Assembly (NCBI RefSeq): GCF_006345805.1
Contig: NC_043001.1
Coordinates: 112,034,001 to 112,098,000 of the forward strand
Length of the DNA stretch: 64,000 nucleotides
From: Octopus sinensis
Taxonomy: Eukaryota
Reading direction: 5' to 3'
Positions within the stretch are counted from its first letter, which is position 1, and each line of letters starts with the position of its first letter. Below the pieces are notes generated by a model that saw only the letters and a list, made by a program, of their open reading frames with translations, searched no databases and was not told the DNA's origin. This document shows positions 11,121-25,378 of this stretch, in pieces. The position numbers and the translations under genes were made by a program.

Positions 11121-12402
11121 CGAGGGGCCTTCAATAAGTAATGCCCCTGACCCACTTCCCATAGGAGTAGAGCAACGAAACTTAGCACAGTTATTAGTCT
11201 TTTTCTACATAGGAACCACCCAGAGTTAAGCATTTCTCCCATTGTTTGATGCAGCTCTGGAGACCGTTTTTATAGAAGACCCCAGCTTGGTCCTCCAACC
11301 TGAACACGACTTCAGAAATCAAGGCTGCATCATCTGGGAAACGCTTTCCTTTCAAAAACAACTTCATGACTGGGAAGAGGTGAAAATCAGAGGGTGCAAG
11401 GTCAGGAAAGTAGGGGGATGGGGGAGGAGTTCATAGCCTGTGCTTCTGATCTGGCGACAAGCGAGTTGTGGACCGGAGCGTTGTCCTGCAGGAGGAGGAT
11501 GCCTTTGCTGATCTTGCCCCGCCTCTTGATTTTGATAACTTCTCTTAATTTCCTCAAAAGTGAAGCATAATAGACTCCTGCAATTGTGGTACCCTTTGCC
11601 AGGAAATCTGTCATCACTACTCCGTCCTGGTCCCAGAAGACTGTGAGCATGACCTTGCCAGCGGAGGGTGCACCCTTGCCTTCTTTGGAGGGGGTGAGTC
11701 ACGGTGCTTCCACTGCATTGACTGGGCTTTGGTCTCTGGATCATCGTGATGGACCCAGGTTTCATCCTGTGTAATCAGTTTTTTGAAAAATGTTGACTCA
11801 TCTTCTTGGCACATCTCCAAATTCACCCTCGAGCACTCGACGCGTTCTTGCTTTGGAAAGGCGTGAGCAACCTGGGAATCCATCTGGCAGATACCTTTTG
11901 CATATGCAAATGGTCATGAATGATAGTTTCCACAGACCCGGTACTAATCTTGACCTCATGGGCTATTTGGCGAATAGTTATGCGTCGATCTTCCAAAATG
12001 GCAGCCTCAACTTGACGGACAGATGCCTCATCAATGGCAGAAGGGGGCGACCAGATCTGGGAGCTGTTTCCACAGAGTTCCGACCATGTTTGAATTCACG
12101 ATGCCAGCGTTTTACAAGGGCATATGATGGGGCATCATCACCATAAGTTACTTTCATTTCATCAAAAGTCTCCCGTGGTGTGCGTCCTTCCAAATACAAA
12201 AACCGGATCACTGCTCCACACTCAACAGGCTCCATTTAACACTTGACTCGGTTCAAACACATGTAAATCAGAAACCACAATTAATTCAGTGCTGTGATTT
12301 GCCACTTACTCTATAGAGATATAAATGATTGCACATGCAAAATTTCAGCTAGATCAAACAACTGCAAGTGGGTCAGAGGCATTACATATTGAAATTCCCT
12401 CG
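11121..12402 (-). mobile_element. Full-length decayed mariner (irritans/Hsmar2-like terminal inverted repeat, TIR), 1282 bp
   Basis: TIRs CGAGGGgccTTCAATAaGTAATGCCcCTGACCCACTT and the complement at the right end; TA TSDs at 11119-20 and 12403-04. Transposase relic 12235 to 11194: MEPVECGAVIRFLYLEG, GRP, QDETWVHH, MLTVFWD, QDNAPVH, YELLPHPP, SDFHLFP, GSYVEKD*; several frameshifts. Confidence 0.93.
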
Positions 12403-12405
12403 TAT

Positions 12406-12465
<60 letters not shown>

Positions 12466-12509
12466 AGATACGATATAGATATAGAATATTATATATACAC
12501 ACACACGAA

Positions 12510-12578
12510 ATACTTCTTTCAGTTTCCGTCTAAGAAATCCACTCACGAGGATTTGGTCGACCCCGGGCTATAGTAGGA
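12510..12578 (-). mobile_element. SINE family A, core fragment
   Basis: cttctttcagtttccgtct...ccactcacgagg.tttggtcg...gggctatagtag. Confidence 0.7.
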
Positions 12579-13088
12579 TAGGTGATATATATATATATAT
12601 ATATATATGAGTGTGTGTGCGTGTGCGACTAGAGGTTTTATTGAGCCCTTAATGGACATTCGTATGCATGTCGTCAGTTCTAAATCTCATATTGGAGGCG
12701 ACCCCCTTTTTAATGCAGAAATTATCCTACTGTAGGAGAAACTCAGTATGATGAGTAAATCAGTGGGTCACTCATTAATTGTGCGTTCATGTGTGCGCAA
12801 TGTGGTATTTAATTAAAACTCTCTCTAACATATTCTCTATAGTTATGTCTTCTTATTTTTCATTTTGTTACACTTTTGATTTGCTGCTATTGTTTTAGAG
12901 TTCTTGCAGCTGCTGCTTTATCTGCTCGCCTTATTATATTCTCTCAGTTTACACTCTCGGATATATACACGGACAGCACACACACAAATACACATGCAGA
13001 TGCTAACACAGTACATATATTCACTTAAACGCACACACGAACACACACGCACACACGAACACACACGCACACACACATACATATACAC

Positions 13089-13130
<42 letters not shown>

Positions 13131-13189
13131 ATATACACATACATACATATATACGCATACATGTGTGTTTGAAGTTCAAATGTTAAGTT

Positions 13190-13635
<446 letters not shown>

Positions 13636-13947
13636 GTATTGGCACAGACATATTTTGGTATCCACAACAGGATTTTCTAATTATTTTCTTATATATCATT
13701 TCTCTACATATCGTCTGTCTTTCCTATCAGTAGTAATTAATGTACTTAATCAGAATCTTTCGTTAAAACGCCCTCAGCTCGTGTAAAACATGTTCATCAC
13801 TCATTCACAAAGCAGACCACCTTACACTCAGCAAAAGAAATTGCTATCACTTTCACCTTGCTTACATCAACAAAATTAGTTCGCATACATATATACTACA
13901 TGAAGTACGTAAATCTGTAACGCCTCTCAAGCACACGCATACACAAA

Positions 13948-14036
<89 letters not shown>

Positions 14037-14094
14037 ACACATACGCACTGACGCACATAAATACATCTATGGATACAATGTATATATATATAGA

Positions 14095-14280
14095 GGCGCA
14101 GGCGTAACTGTGTTGTAAGTAGCTTGCTTCCCAACCGTATGGTTCTGGGTTCAGTCTCGCGGCGTGACAGCTTGGCCAAGTGTCTTCTAGTATAGCGTCA
14201 GACTGACCAAAGCCATATGGGTGGAATTTGTAGAGGGTAACTGAAAGAAACACGTCATATATATACATACACACACACAT

Positions 14281-14313
<33 letters not shown>

Positions 14314-14314
14314 T

Positions 14315-14358
<44 letters not shown>

Positions 14359-14678
14359 TGAGGGAATGAATTATAAATAAAACGTATATATTTGGTAGAA
14401 TAACATGTTATGTTATTTATTATTTTGAACATTACTTAATCATTGTTATATGTTTTATCTTATATTTAATCCTTCTATAAGATGTAATTTTTCAAAATGG
14501 TATAATTTTATTTTTCATTATTGAATTGATAAAAGGTGTGTTTTTTTTTTCTAATTAATATATATATATATATATATATTATTAATTATTTTGTGAAATT
14601 TGTTTTAGTATTTCTAAGTTCAATTTTTCCCTGTAATATGTTTTGAAAAATATTCCCTCATATATATTATATATATAT

Positions 14679-14725
<47 letters not shown>

Positions 14726-14945
14726 TATATATGGGGGGGGGGGGTTGTGTGTGTGTGTGTGTCTGTTCCCCCTTCATTGCTTGATAACCTATGTTGGCGT
14801 GTTTAAGTCACCGTAACTTAGCGGTTCGCCAAATAAACCGGTAGAATAAATACAAAGATTACAAAAATAAGTACTGGGGTCGATTTGTTCGACTAATGGC
14901 GGTGCCCAGAAAGGGCCGCATTCCAATGACTGAAACAAGAAAAAT
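14095..14945 (+). mobile_element. SINE family A (tRNA head + CORE-like block + central microsatellite + LINE-like tail), diverged and centrally expanded
   Basis: Head at 14095-14260 and tail at 14750-14945, separated by (CA)/(TA) arrays and AT-rich inserts. Confidence 0.8.
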
Positions 14946-14974
14946 AATATATATATATATATATAATATACATA

Positions 14975-15021
<47 letters not shown>

Positions 15022-15339
15022 TATATATATATTATATATATATATATATACACCCAGAACCAGGCTTATAACTGAGGAGTGAAAGCTTTACACACTATGG
15101 CAATACCTTTGTTATGTTTTCGTTATTCTGTGTAACGTCCATTCTGTTTTCTTTCAGATTCTTCAGTTTTGGGATCAACCACACTAATAGCTTTTGAATG
15201 AATGTAGCCCATCCAGACATTCTCTTTGCAGAAAATGAAGGTTAATGATACACATTATGCATACATTGAGTATATATTTAACAGAAAGCCATAATAATAT
15301 TATGACATTTACTGACATAGTGAATTATTTTGCTACACG

Positions 15340-16212
15340 AGCGTCAAGGACGAAAAGGTCCGATTGTGGGACCCCAAGACTGTGACAGCTAGGGATTAAA
15401 AAATTATTGGCCGTAAATTTAGTAGGAAACCCGGACACACATGTCACCGCCTCCAGACTTCCTCATGTACCGAAAACCACCAGAAATCGCATCCTCGGGG
15501 TCATGGCTTCCGTGCAAGAGCCCTTGAGATTGCCTCTTCCGGAGTTTGAGGCTTCAATGTGCATAAAATTACATGACGTTAAACCTGAGCTTTGTTTTGT
15601 TCATTGACGAAACCAGGGGGACCTTTGATGAACCTGAAGATTGGGCAAATATTTAGGTCTATTTCGGAGGTGAGCGTCATAAATGTTTACGACGTCATCA
15701 AGAGCGTCATTAAGAGCGTTGTGGGCTGGTATCATTTGGAACAGACTTAGCGGTCCGGTGAGGGTGCTTGATGACGTTAAAGTGACTGTAGCCACCTACT
15801 GCAATCTCCTGAAGGAGGTTTTGTGTCCCTGGCTAGATAATATACTGCTGTTATCTAAGGACTCTCGTATTCATGCATGGCAATGTTCTTTCGCACTCTG
15901 CTAGGACCACCCAAACATTCCTAGGTAATTATGACATACAAAGTGAAAGGATGATGACAGCATCTCCGGATCTCAACCCAAGAATCTCCGCTAGCATCTC
16001 CGGATCGCACCCCAGTCGAGAATCTTTGGTCAATCATTAAACAAGTTGTTTATGTCGATGGACGCCAATTTACGCCGAAAGACGTCTTATGAGCGTCCAT
16101 GAAAGCTGCAACAGAGACAGTCCAATATGTTGCTATTAAGAAATTTACAGACTTCATGACTAATAGGGTTTTTGAGGTTATCCGTCGAAATGGAGCTCAT
16201 GTGGAAAAATAA
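15340..16212 (+). mobile_element. Tc1-family (DD-E) transposase relic
   Basis: VLFIDETRGTFD, WAGIIWNRLSGPVRV..DVKV...TYCNLL, SPD..PVENLWSIIKQVVY, RVFEVIRRNGAHVEK*. Frameshifted, with an internal duplication of the SPD motif near 15960-16006. TIRs not identified. Confidence 0.75.
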
Positions 16213-17153
16213 TTCCTTATGTTAATAAATGTTCTAATACTACTATGTTAATTATATACTCAATGTATGCTTAATATGTATTATTTTAATACTGACAAAA
16301 CAGACAAATGGAATGATACCAATAAAATTATTGAAAAGTTAATCATAAAAAGATAAAATTTACTTTTAAAATATGGCTTCAATATATTCTCTTCTGGTCA
16401 ATACCCTCTGGTTTTAAACTATTTAGTAATAAACAACAATTCTCTCGTTATAATCCTCGCACAATGGACATAAATTTCGAATGGATAATAAATGGCAGAA
16501 ATAGAGCGATGTATCTCTTATTTTTCTCGAAACACTAAAACTCAGGTGAAATCGACATTCGATTGCTTATTTATTTAAAATGTCTTAATAATTTTCCAAA
16601 ACTTTAGAGACGGATTTTATTCCATATCCTGGCGAACAATATTTGTAGATCTTGCGAAGTTACAAGCATTAATTAGGGTGTGAAAATACATGCTCCTTTG
16701 AAGATAAGAATATATATGTGATCTTTAGATTGCTTTATGGTTTTACAATACATAGTGTAATGTGGCGAGGACTACGATACCACAGAAAAACGTTTTGTAT
16801 TCACCGATTAGCTATAATAATAATATTTCAACCACGGTAAATGGAATAATAGGAAAATTAAAAATATTCTCATTGAATAGTTAATTATTCAGCGGAAATT
16901 ATAATTGATTACTGTAAGGGTACCTGAGAACACATGCATTGAGGGGAAACAGGGAAAAACATAAGTTAGCAAAAGAAGGAGCATAAAAATGTATAATATA
17001 TAAATAATAAATGTTTCATTAATCAAACCATTCAGGAAAAACGTATAAGCGTAGGACGGGAATATATTGAGAAGAATCAGGAAGTGAACTATCGAACTTT
17101 AGTCTTCCTTTATGAGAGAAATATCTGTCAATGTACTAGAACTGAGCTATGTA

Positions 17154-17720
17154 TTGGGTTGTCCGGAAAGTTCGTGCCGATTTTTCAAGGAAAGATAAAG
17201 GTCAATAAATACTTGCCATTACATTTTTAATCAACCAAATATGAACCATTTTGTTGCACAATGCGTCTCCATCTTTCTTTTAACTTGAAAATATCCTCTT
17301 CCCAGAACTGAGGTGGTTTCATGACAAAGAATTCATCAAGGTATCTTTTTACGTCATCCAAGGAATTGAAATGTTTATCATTAAAACTATTCTGCAGAGA
17401 CCTGAATAAGTGGAAATCCGAAGGAGCAATATCTGGTGAATAGGGAGGGTGGGGTAACACATCCCAGCCGAGCTACAGCAATTTTTGTTTGGTTCCCAAA
17501 GCATGAAGTGCCGAAAATGAACTTTCGTACCTTCCATTTTAAAGGCTTACAGAAATAACACAGGTTATAGGAACATAAACCTTCTTTCACGAAAAGATAG
17601 CTTAAACTGTGCCCTAAATGGAGGTGTAGTCAAATCCTATCTTATGGACTCAATCACGTTCTAATATAAGTCGAGAGGTAAGCTACTATAAATCGGCACG
17701 AACCTTTCCGGACAACCCAA
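17154..17720 (-). mobile_element. Internally deleted mariner (567 bp)
   Basis: TIRs TTGGGTTGTCCGGAAAGTTCGTGCCGATTT and AAATCGGCACGAACCTTTCCGGACAACCCAA; TA TSDs at 17152-53 and 17721-22. N-terminus MEGTKVHFRHFMLW is joined to the C-terminus LPHPPYSPDIAPSDFHLFRSL...QQNGSYLVD*. Confidence 0.92.
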
Positions 17721-17849
17721 TATTTGGCTTCGAGAGGAGTTTATTCAATATTCTATAAGACCCAAGTCTATGGAATCACATTTATGTTCTTTCGAGACAA
17801 CTCAGAACACTTATGACAGCATTTGTATGAATGCAAACATTAGAATTTG

Positions 17850-17985
17850 AGTGAGAAGAGGTTCGTCTTAAAGCTCTGACTTCGAGTTACTGGTGCAGCA
17901 AAGATAACGCCTATAAATTCCATCACTGAAGCTGTAGAGAAAGCCACCAGGTGGCTTTGGATTTAGCGAGTAGACCCGTGTCAAA
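17850..17985 (+). mobile_element. C-terminal fragment of an RLE-type non-LTR element (HERO-like)
   Basis: From 17886 it reads VTGAAKITPINSITEAVEKATRWLWI*RVDP, resembling the ITEAAEKASRWLWIKR end I recall for HERO-type elements. Not searched. Confidence 0.45.
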
Positions 17986-18338
17986 AGGGCCAGTGGGTCT
18001 ATGAATATTTGGTTGTTCCACAGAATGTCTATTGCCTTAATGTGATCTACCCCAACAACACGATCTCTTCCTTCCCTTCAACCTCTTAATAGATGCTTGA
18101 TTAAGCCCTCGCATCAACTGCCCGGTCATCGTCGCTTACTTTTACCCTTTTTGCCTTCATTTGTAATATATTTTCCAACTCATGTATTGTTTCGGAGAGA
18201 CCAAAATCATGGAAAGTAGCTTCTGCGAAGTATTTATTAAATCAATTAAAATATTCAAATTTCAAACTCGATGTTACCAATATCTATTTTATGTAGCAAT
18301 TTCATTTGTTCCAGCTGAAATATATATTCAGTACATAA

Positions 18339-18389
<51 letters not shown>

Positions 18390-18830
18390 AACACAACACA
18401 CACAGAGAAGCACGCCCATACGCATAAACACAAATATATATGTGTGTATGTGTTTCTGTGTATATATTTATATATTGGATTATATGTACATCTTCAAACA
18501 TACACACACACATATACTCACACTGTCACACACAAACATACGCACACACACATATATACACATAGTCGTTTTGTATACAATTATACATATGATACATTTA
18601 CCCAGTGAAATATGGATACGCATCTGTCTGTTAGATGTTAATAATATGATATTCGGTTACGTACTGAAACACATTAATCATAATTTTACTTAGAAGGATT
18701 TGCAATTAATGGTATTACGGTCGATGTATGTAAATTGATGTATGTAAAGTTTTTCATGAAAAATATTTATAAAATCACCAACTCGCTCACATACACATAT
18801 ATGTTCATTTTAATATTTCGACTTATGATT

Positions 18831-19035
18831 GCGAGCTGGCAGAAACGTTAGCACGCCGTGCGAAATCCGAAGTAGTATTTCGTCTACCGTTACGTTCTGA
18901 GTTCAAATGCAGCCGAGGTCGACTTTGCCTTTTATCCTGTCGGGGTCGATTAAATAAGTACCAGTTACGCACTGGGGTCGACGTAATCGACTTAATCCGT
19001 TTGTCTGTCCTTGTTTGTCCTCTCTGTGATTACCC
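18831..19035 (+). mobile_element. SINE family B monomer, 3'-truncated
   Basis: gcgagctggcagaaacgttagcacgcc...gttcaaat...gaggtcgactttgcc...tcggggtcgattaaataagtaccagtt. Confidence 0.88.
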
Positions 19036-19736
19036 AGGTGGCGTATATATATATATATATAATACATATTACCACGCTAACACCCATGTAAAATGCATTT
19101 TAGATTCATTGTCATGTTTCCATTGTAATTTAAAGCTCATTAGTAAGTAAACGGTTGTATAGATAAAACTGCCTCTCATTTTGAACGCATTTATATCTTT
19201 AGCATTCACGTAATACCATTGATCGATTGCTTCACCCGGTGTACAAGTAGGATGTAATATGTTCTGCATAAACAAAATTGATTTATAGATAAAGAAGCAT
19301 ATGTTGTGTGAGAATATACACATGCGGTAAATGATTTCATGTAATCAGGCATGTGTGAAGTGAAGGCCAGATATCGGCCAATAACGCAGTCTTATATGCA
19401 GTTATCCTTTCTGTTTTATTGTAAAATCGTTCGTCGTATGTACCCATTACTATTTCTATTAACGATGTTTCAGAAACAAGTTTATTTTTATCTGAGCTGA
19501 TCTTACAAAGAAAAATAGCTTAGTCCTTAAACTATTTAGAAGTAACGTTTTGATTACATCAGCACAAATTAGTTCTCAAATTAGAATTATCTGTGAAGTT
19601 GACATCAATATGGTGGGTAAGTATAAAAAACTGGAAATGTTAATGCTTATTTATAGTCTCTGCTCAGATTTAATATCTCAGCAGAATTTTATTCCCTTGC
19701 ATTCTTCATTTGAATTTAAGTGCATTGATAGTCAAT

Positions 19737-19968
19737 AGGCGAGCTGGCAGAAACGTTAGCACGCCGGACGAAATGCTTAGCCATATTTCGTATGTCGTTA
19801 CGTTCTGAGTTCAAATTCCGCCGAGGTCGACTTTGTCTTTCATCCTTTCGGGGTCGATAAATTAAGTACCAGTTACGCACTGGGATCGATGTAATCGACT
19901 TAATCCGTTTGTCTGTTCTTTTTTGTCCCCTCTATGTTTAGCCCCTTGTGGGCATTAAAGAAATATAT
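19737..19968 (+). mobile_element. SINE family B monomer with 13-bp TSD
   Basis: TSD attgatagtcaat at 19724-36 and 19969-81. Confidence 0.92.
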
Positions 19969-22104
19969 ATTGATAGTCAATTCCCTGTTGTTCTGGGAAA
20001 TTGGTGTCCTTGAAAATTCAACTAATAAGACTCATCACAAATTTTATTCTGCATGTCAACCATGTTGCTACTTCAAAACCGAAGATGTTGTGTGAGCCAC
20101 TATAAACTCCTCAGACATGAGATAAATTCCCTAATCAAATAAGGCATCGTGGAATCGTTTCAATCACACTTGACAGCTCCGAAAACTACGAATATCACAA
20201 ATGACATCCTGTCATTCATTTCTCACCTGCTGGTAGCAAATAAACTCTTCTTCGTTTAGTACTTATGGCTGGCGTGTTAAAATTATTCGATTATGAGACA
20301 CTTCCTATTTTTACTATATCTCAGAATTCATAATTTATTCAGATAGCTTTGATTCATGTCTATTATCAGTTAGCACTGAATTTAACGACATCCTTATATA
20401 GCTTTTCAAGTCTTACGATAGGTTTATTATTATACAACTAACAAAAGCCGTGGCAGGATTTCTACGAATGACAAATCAAATTGTCTAACAGAATGACAGA
20501 ATTACACTAACACTACTTAAACATGTTTCGATTGAATTATTGGACATTTTAACACGTCACAAATCCATAAGTGTTTTATTACTTGCTATATACGTTAATA
20601 TAAGTTTGTCGTATGAAAAACATGTTTTCGCTTGTTGTTTTGTAACGCTCACAATAATTCTTAACACTAGTAATATGCTTTCCCCTAACTTTTTTTTAAA
20701 TGCTACTCACAAAACTGATGCCATGGTGTCATAGCGAGATGAAATATATTGGAAATCAATCCCAAGTCATCCCGACGTGATAAGTAGCATGGAAATACGA
20801 CCAGTGATCCGACAATCGCACCCGAAAGACACACGGAGTGGCCTGTATGTAGTTTGTAGAGAACTATAAAATAAGGCGATTAAGTACTTGTGGAAAGGAA
20901 GAAAAGGGAGAAATAACATTTCTAAAACTTCCAGAATGAAGACCTTAACACGTAAAAGATTATCCTTCTTTCTATCACTAAATCTCTTTCGCTCTTCAAC
21001 TATCCTCCACTGTTAAAAGTAAAGAAAATAGAAAATATTTTATATCATACTTCAGTATAACGTTAATTTTCATTTTAAATTACTGTGAGGCTTTCATTTC
21101 TCTGCCTCTATTTCTTCTCTCCCTTTCTCCAGTGTTAACAGAGTAAGAAAAAAATATCGATCGTATATAATTCTTAAAGGATTTAAATGAATATAGACAA
21201 ATTAATTCCATGGTCCCCTGTTATGTTTCACTAAAGAGCCCATAAGAAGGGTGAAACGGCGTTGCCTTCAACTACCAGGGCATTTAAAAGAGAAAAAAAT
21301 ATTATGTGCAAATATATTTTCATATGCTCTTTCACTCATTAGAAAACCTCCATAACAATTACAGAAAAATATTATAAACTCTGAAGCCATTCTCTCCCAT
21401 TAAAGGGAAACTCCGCCCTTTTCTATTTCGTAGTAAACGCTTTCTTTCTCTCCATCTGTTACTAAAAAAACCAGTTGTAGGTGGCAGCAGCAATCCCTGG
21501 TCTGATTAAATATTACAGCCTACGTCTCTGGTATCTTTCTGATAAAAAAGACTTTCATTAAAATATTGTTCTGTTCTGTATATAATAAACAATATCACAA
21601 TAATGGGAGACACATTATCTTCATTAAAGGAAGCAACCAAATGATATGTGATAAATTGCATAAATGCAAAATAAAAAGAGAAAGAGCAATAGTCTATTAC
21701 TTTAAAGGATTGAACTTCCTTCATATAGTTTCTACATCGTCCAGCATGTGATAATGTGAGCGCTAATGTATGTTCTCCAATGTACTGTTCTCAAGCAGAT
21801 AACACTTTTCTTTATTGTACGCACGATAAAGGAGTTCATCCAGGTGCAAAGAATACTGCTGCGTAATGTAAAACCTATAAATCTTCCATTTTCTTATAGT
21901 GATGTTTGAAATATTGGTTATTATTGCCTAAAATGCTACGAAATTAATTGTATACCTGCGACTTATATTAGAACAGGTATACAATTAATTAGTAGTACCT
22001 TATTGAATGTTGTAAAGTGAGCAGGGTGTCTTGATTCAGTTATTTTTAATGACATATAATGAATACTCAGACGAAAACTTTACTTTGCCTTCTACTGATA
22101 TCTC

Positions 22105-22510
22105 TTTCTTTACTACCCGCAAGGGGCCAAACACAGAGAGGACAAACAAGGACAGACAAACGGATTAAGTAGATTACATCGACCCCAGCGCGTAACTGGT
22201 ACTTAATCTATCGAACCCGAAAGGATGAAAGGCAAAGTCGACCTCGGCGGAATTTGCACTCAGAACGTTGCGGCAGACGAAATGCCTATTTCTTTACTAC
22301 CCGCAAGGGGCTAAACATGAGGGGACAAATAAGGACAGACAAACGGATTAAGTCGATTACATCGACCCCAGTGCGTAACTGGTACTTAATTTATCGACCC
22401 CGTACGGATGAAAGAAAAAGTCGACCTCGGCGGAATTTGAACTCAGAACATAACGGCAGACGAAATACGGCTACGTATTTCGCTCTGTGTGCTAACGATT
22501 CTGCCAAGCT
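22105..22510 (-). mobile_element. SINE family B multimer (about 2 internal units)
   Basis: Repeated tttctttactacccgcaagggg...ggattaagt...cgacctcggcggaatttg units ending in the head sequence. Confidence 0.88.
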
Positions 22511-23106
22511 ATCTTTTTAGAAGGGGACTCTGTGCTATTTGAAAAATGCTTACGTACGAAATTACATACGATCGAAAAGGTGGCTTCATCTCTCACGATA
22601 ATCTTGACCTTAGTCAGTCCTTTCGATCTCTAAATTAATTCCAGGTCTCAATAATACTTTCAACGTACACCAGTTTCCCCCAACAATGAAAGTATTTCAG
22701 AATATTTTCACTCTTTAATTCGTCACCATAGCAAAGAGACCATTTACCTAAACACTGTCATACACAAACCACCTAGTGATAAAATTCGTTCTTCTTGGAA
22801 AACAACCAATCTAACTGCCAGTTTAAATATCTATCTTTATATTATTTTGTATTAATATAAACTCAGATTTCATATTTATACATTTACTAAATTTAACAGC
22901 GTCTTTATTGTTTCTTTTGAAGAAAGGTGAAGGTCACAATTCTAATATAGCTCATATATATATTACGGCGGGTATTATCGCCGCAACTTAAAAGGATACG
23001 CCACAGCAGTTTTATTTGTAGGATAAACAATCGGCACTTGATAATTTAGAGATTTTCAGAATATCATCTGTCTTGTAATTAGATCTATTTCAAATGAATA
23101 CTTGTA

Positions 23107-23245
23107 TACTCTTTACTCTTTACTTACTTGTTTCAGTCATTTGACAGTTGCCATGCTGGAGCACCACCTTTAGTCGACCAAATCGACCCTAGGACTTATT
23201 CTATTGGTCACTTTTGCCGAACCGCTAGGTTACAAAAATATACAC

Positions 23246-23290
<45 letters not shown>

Positions 23291-23455
23291 TACGACGGGC
23301 TTCTTTCAGCTTCCGTCTACTATATCTACTCACAAGGCTTTGGTCGGCCCGAGGCTATAGTAGAAGACACTTATCCAAGGTGCCACGCAGTGGGACTGAA
23401 CCCGGAACCATGTGGTTCGTAAGCAAGCTACTTACCACACAGCCACGTCTGCGCC
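23107..23455 (-). mobile_element. SINE family A, near full length
   Basis: Head ...ccacacagccac.tctgcgcc, core ccaaggtgccacgcagtgggactgaacccggaacc, tail gccatgctggagcacc. Confidence 0.92.
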
Positions 23456-24575
23456 TATATATAAGAAAATTATATAAATAGTCACCATTATAGTGAATGT
23501 ATTTCCACCTTAAGATTAAAGGAGCACTGGGGTGTCTCAAATGAGTTTCTCAATAATCTTATCACCTGTTAATAGTTATATTTTCACACATGCTTGTGAG
23601 AAAAATAGGCATCAATTAAATACTACAGTTGATTAATTTAGCTGAGACCTACATCCGGCTGCGTGGTGACATCAATGTAGTAGCCATTTTCGACCAGCTG
23701 CAACTCTCTGCTTCCTTGCTCAATATATAAATACATACATGCATACATACATACATATATACATAAATAAATACATTCACATATACATACATATATACAT
23801 ATATTCATAAAAAAACATACATGCATACATACATACATCCAGACATACATTCATATACACATCATTAGTTAAACCTACACCCCGACTCAACCAGGTATTT
23901 ACAAACACCGGAAAATCACTTAACTCAAAGAGTCTTATAACTTTCTTGGCGACCTGCTTGAACTATCTAAAAAAAAAATTAAAGGAAACTCATAGTAAAA
24001 TCATACACGTAGATATTTCTATACGTGTAAACCCAGTAACATATCTCCTCTCTCTATCTCTCTCTCTTTCTCTCATACATACATACATATATACATATAC
24101 ATATAAATATATATATACGTATCATGCGTAAACATAAATTCACACGCATAGATATATACTGACACGTATAATCGCGGTTAATGACCGTCTACTTATACGA
24201 GTCGAACCAAGTTGCAAATTTAACAGTTCACCGACTGCGTGTTCTACACATCTTGACACTGATTCATTGCATCGTTTCTTCATATTTAAAACTTTTATTA
24301 TGTCAAGTTTAGGAAGATAGTTGAATGGCACGAACAGCAGGACACTGGACTGAATACCTTGTTCACTCCACATCCAGTGTCAACATTTTACCAGGATAGA
24401 TATTTCAGCTTGCATCCCCTCGAGACAGTTAAAATGTATGCCAAGAATATATTGGCTTCGATTAAATGAAATACTTTTCACTCAGTGGCCTTGTGCCAAT
24501 AGAACAAATATTTACTTCACTTGATACAAGATCAAATTCTATGAGTAGCGTATCGGCTGATAGAATGGACAAATA

Positions 24576-24805
24576 TTCTTTTACTTGTTTCTGTCACTTG
24601 ACTGCAGCCATGCTGGAGCACTGCCTTAAGTCGAACTAATCAACCCAAGAACTTATTCTTTGTACGCCTGGTGCTTATTTTAACGGTCTCTTTTGCCGAG
24701 CCGCTAAGTTACAGGGAAGTAAACACACCAACACACCAACATCTTTTGTCAAATGAAGGTGGAGTGAAAATACAGACACACAAATACATGGATACATACA
24801 TACTT

Positions 24806-24878
<73 letters not shown>

Positions 24879-25206
24879 TTCGAGACAAAACCACTATTTT
24901 GCAAATCAAACAAGGAAGACTTAATCAATACATAAAATTTTAATATAAAGTAAATAAATCGCCACTACAATGTTTCATGTCTTCAAATGACATTCGTCAG
25001 GTGGATTTCCGATCTTCTATTCAGGTTTAATTTATTATATTAAAATTTTTATGTATTGATTAAGTCTTTCCTTGTTTGATTTGCAAAATTGTGGTTTTGT
25101 CTCGAATTAATATTATATAATATTTTACTATAAAATTGGATTTAATCCTAAATCTGATTTTTTTCCCTGTAATTTTGGATTTATTCCCTAATATTTATTA
25201 TTATTC

Positions 25207-25241
<35 letters not shown>

Positions 25242-25302
25242 ATATATATATATATATATAAACAACGGGCTTCTTTCAGTTTCCGTCTACAAAATTTCAC
25301 TC
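24576..25302 (-). mobile_element. SINE family A split by insertions in its central microsatellite
   Basis: Tail half at 24576-24800 and core fragment at 25262-25302, with an HHR fold-back between them. Confidence 0.75.
24877..25108 (-). ncRNA. Fold-back (~73-bp arms) whose loop holds an intact minimal hammerhead (24962-25004)
   Basis: Arms 24877-24948 and 25035-25108. Minus strand reads CCAC CUGACGA AUGUC AUUUGAA GACAU GAAA CAUUG UA GUGG. Confidence 0.8.
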
Positions 25303-25378
25303 GCACACACGATCCTTAGATCGTGGGTTCGATTCTCTGAGTAGGTGGTGTGTTGCGTTCTTGAGCAAAACACATATA

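Noticed and set aside
23636-23725. Protein-like stretch LAETYIRLRGDINVVAIFDQLQL after a possible AG acceptor
   Set aside because: No donor site, no neighbouring exons and no recognisable family; cannot be supported without homology or RNA data.
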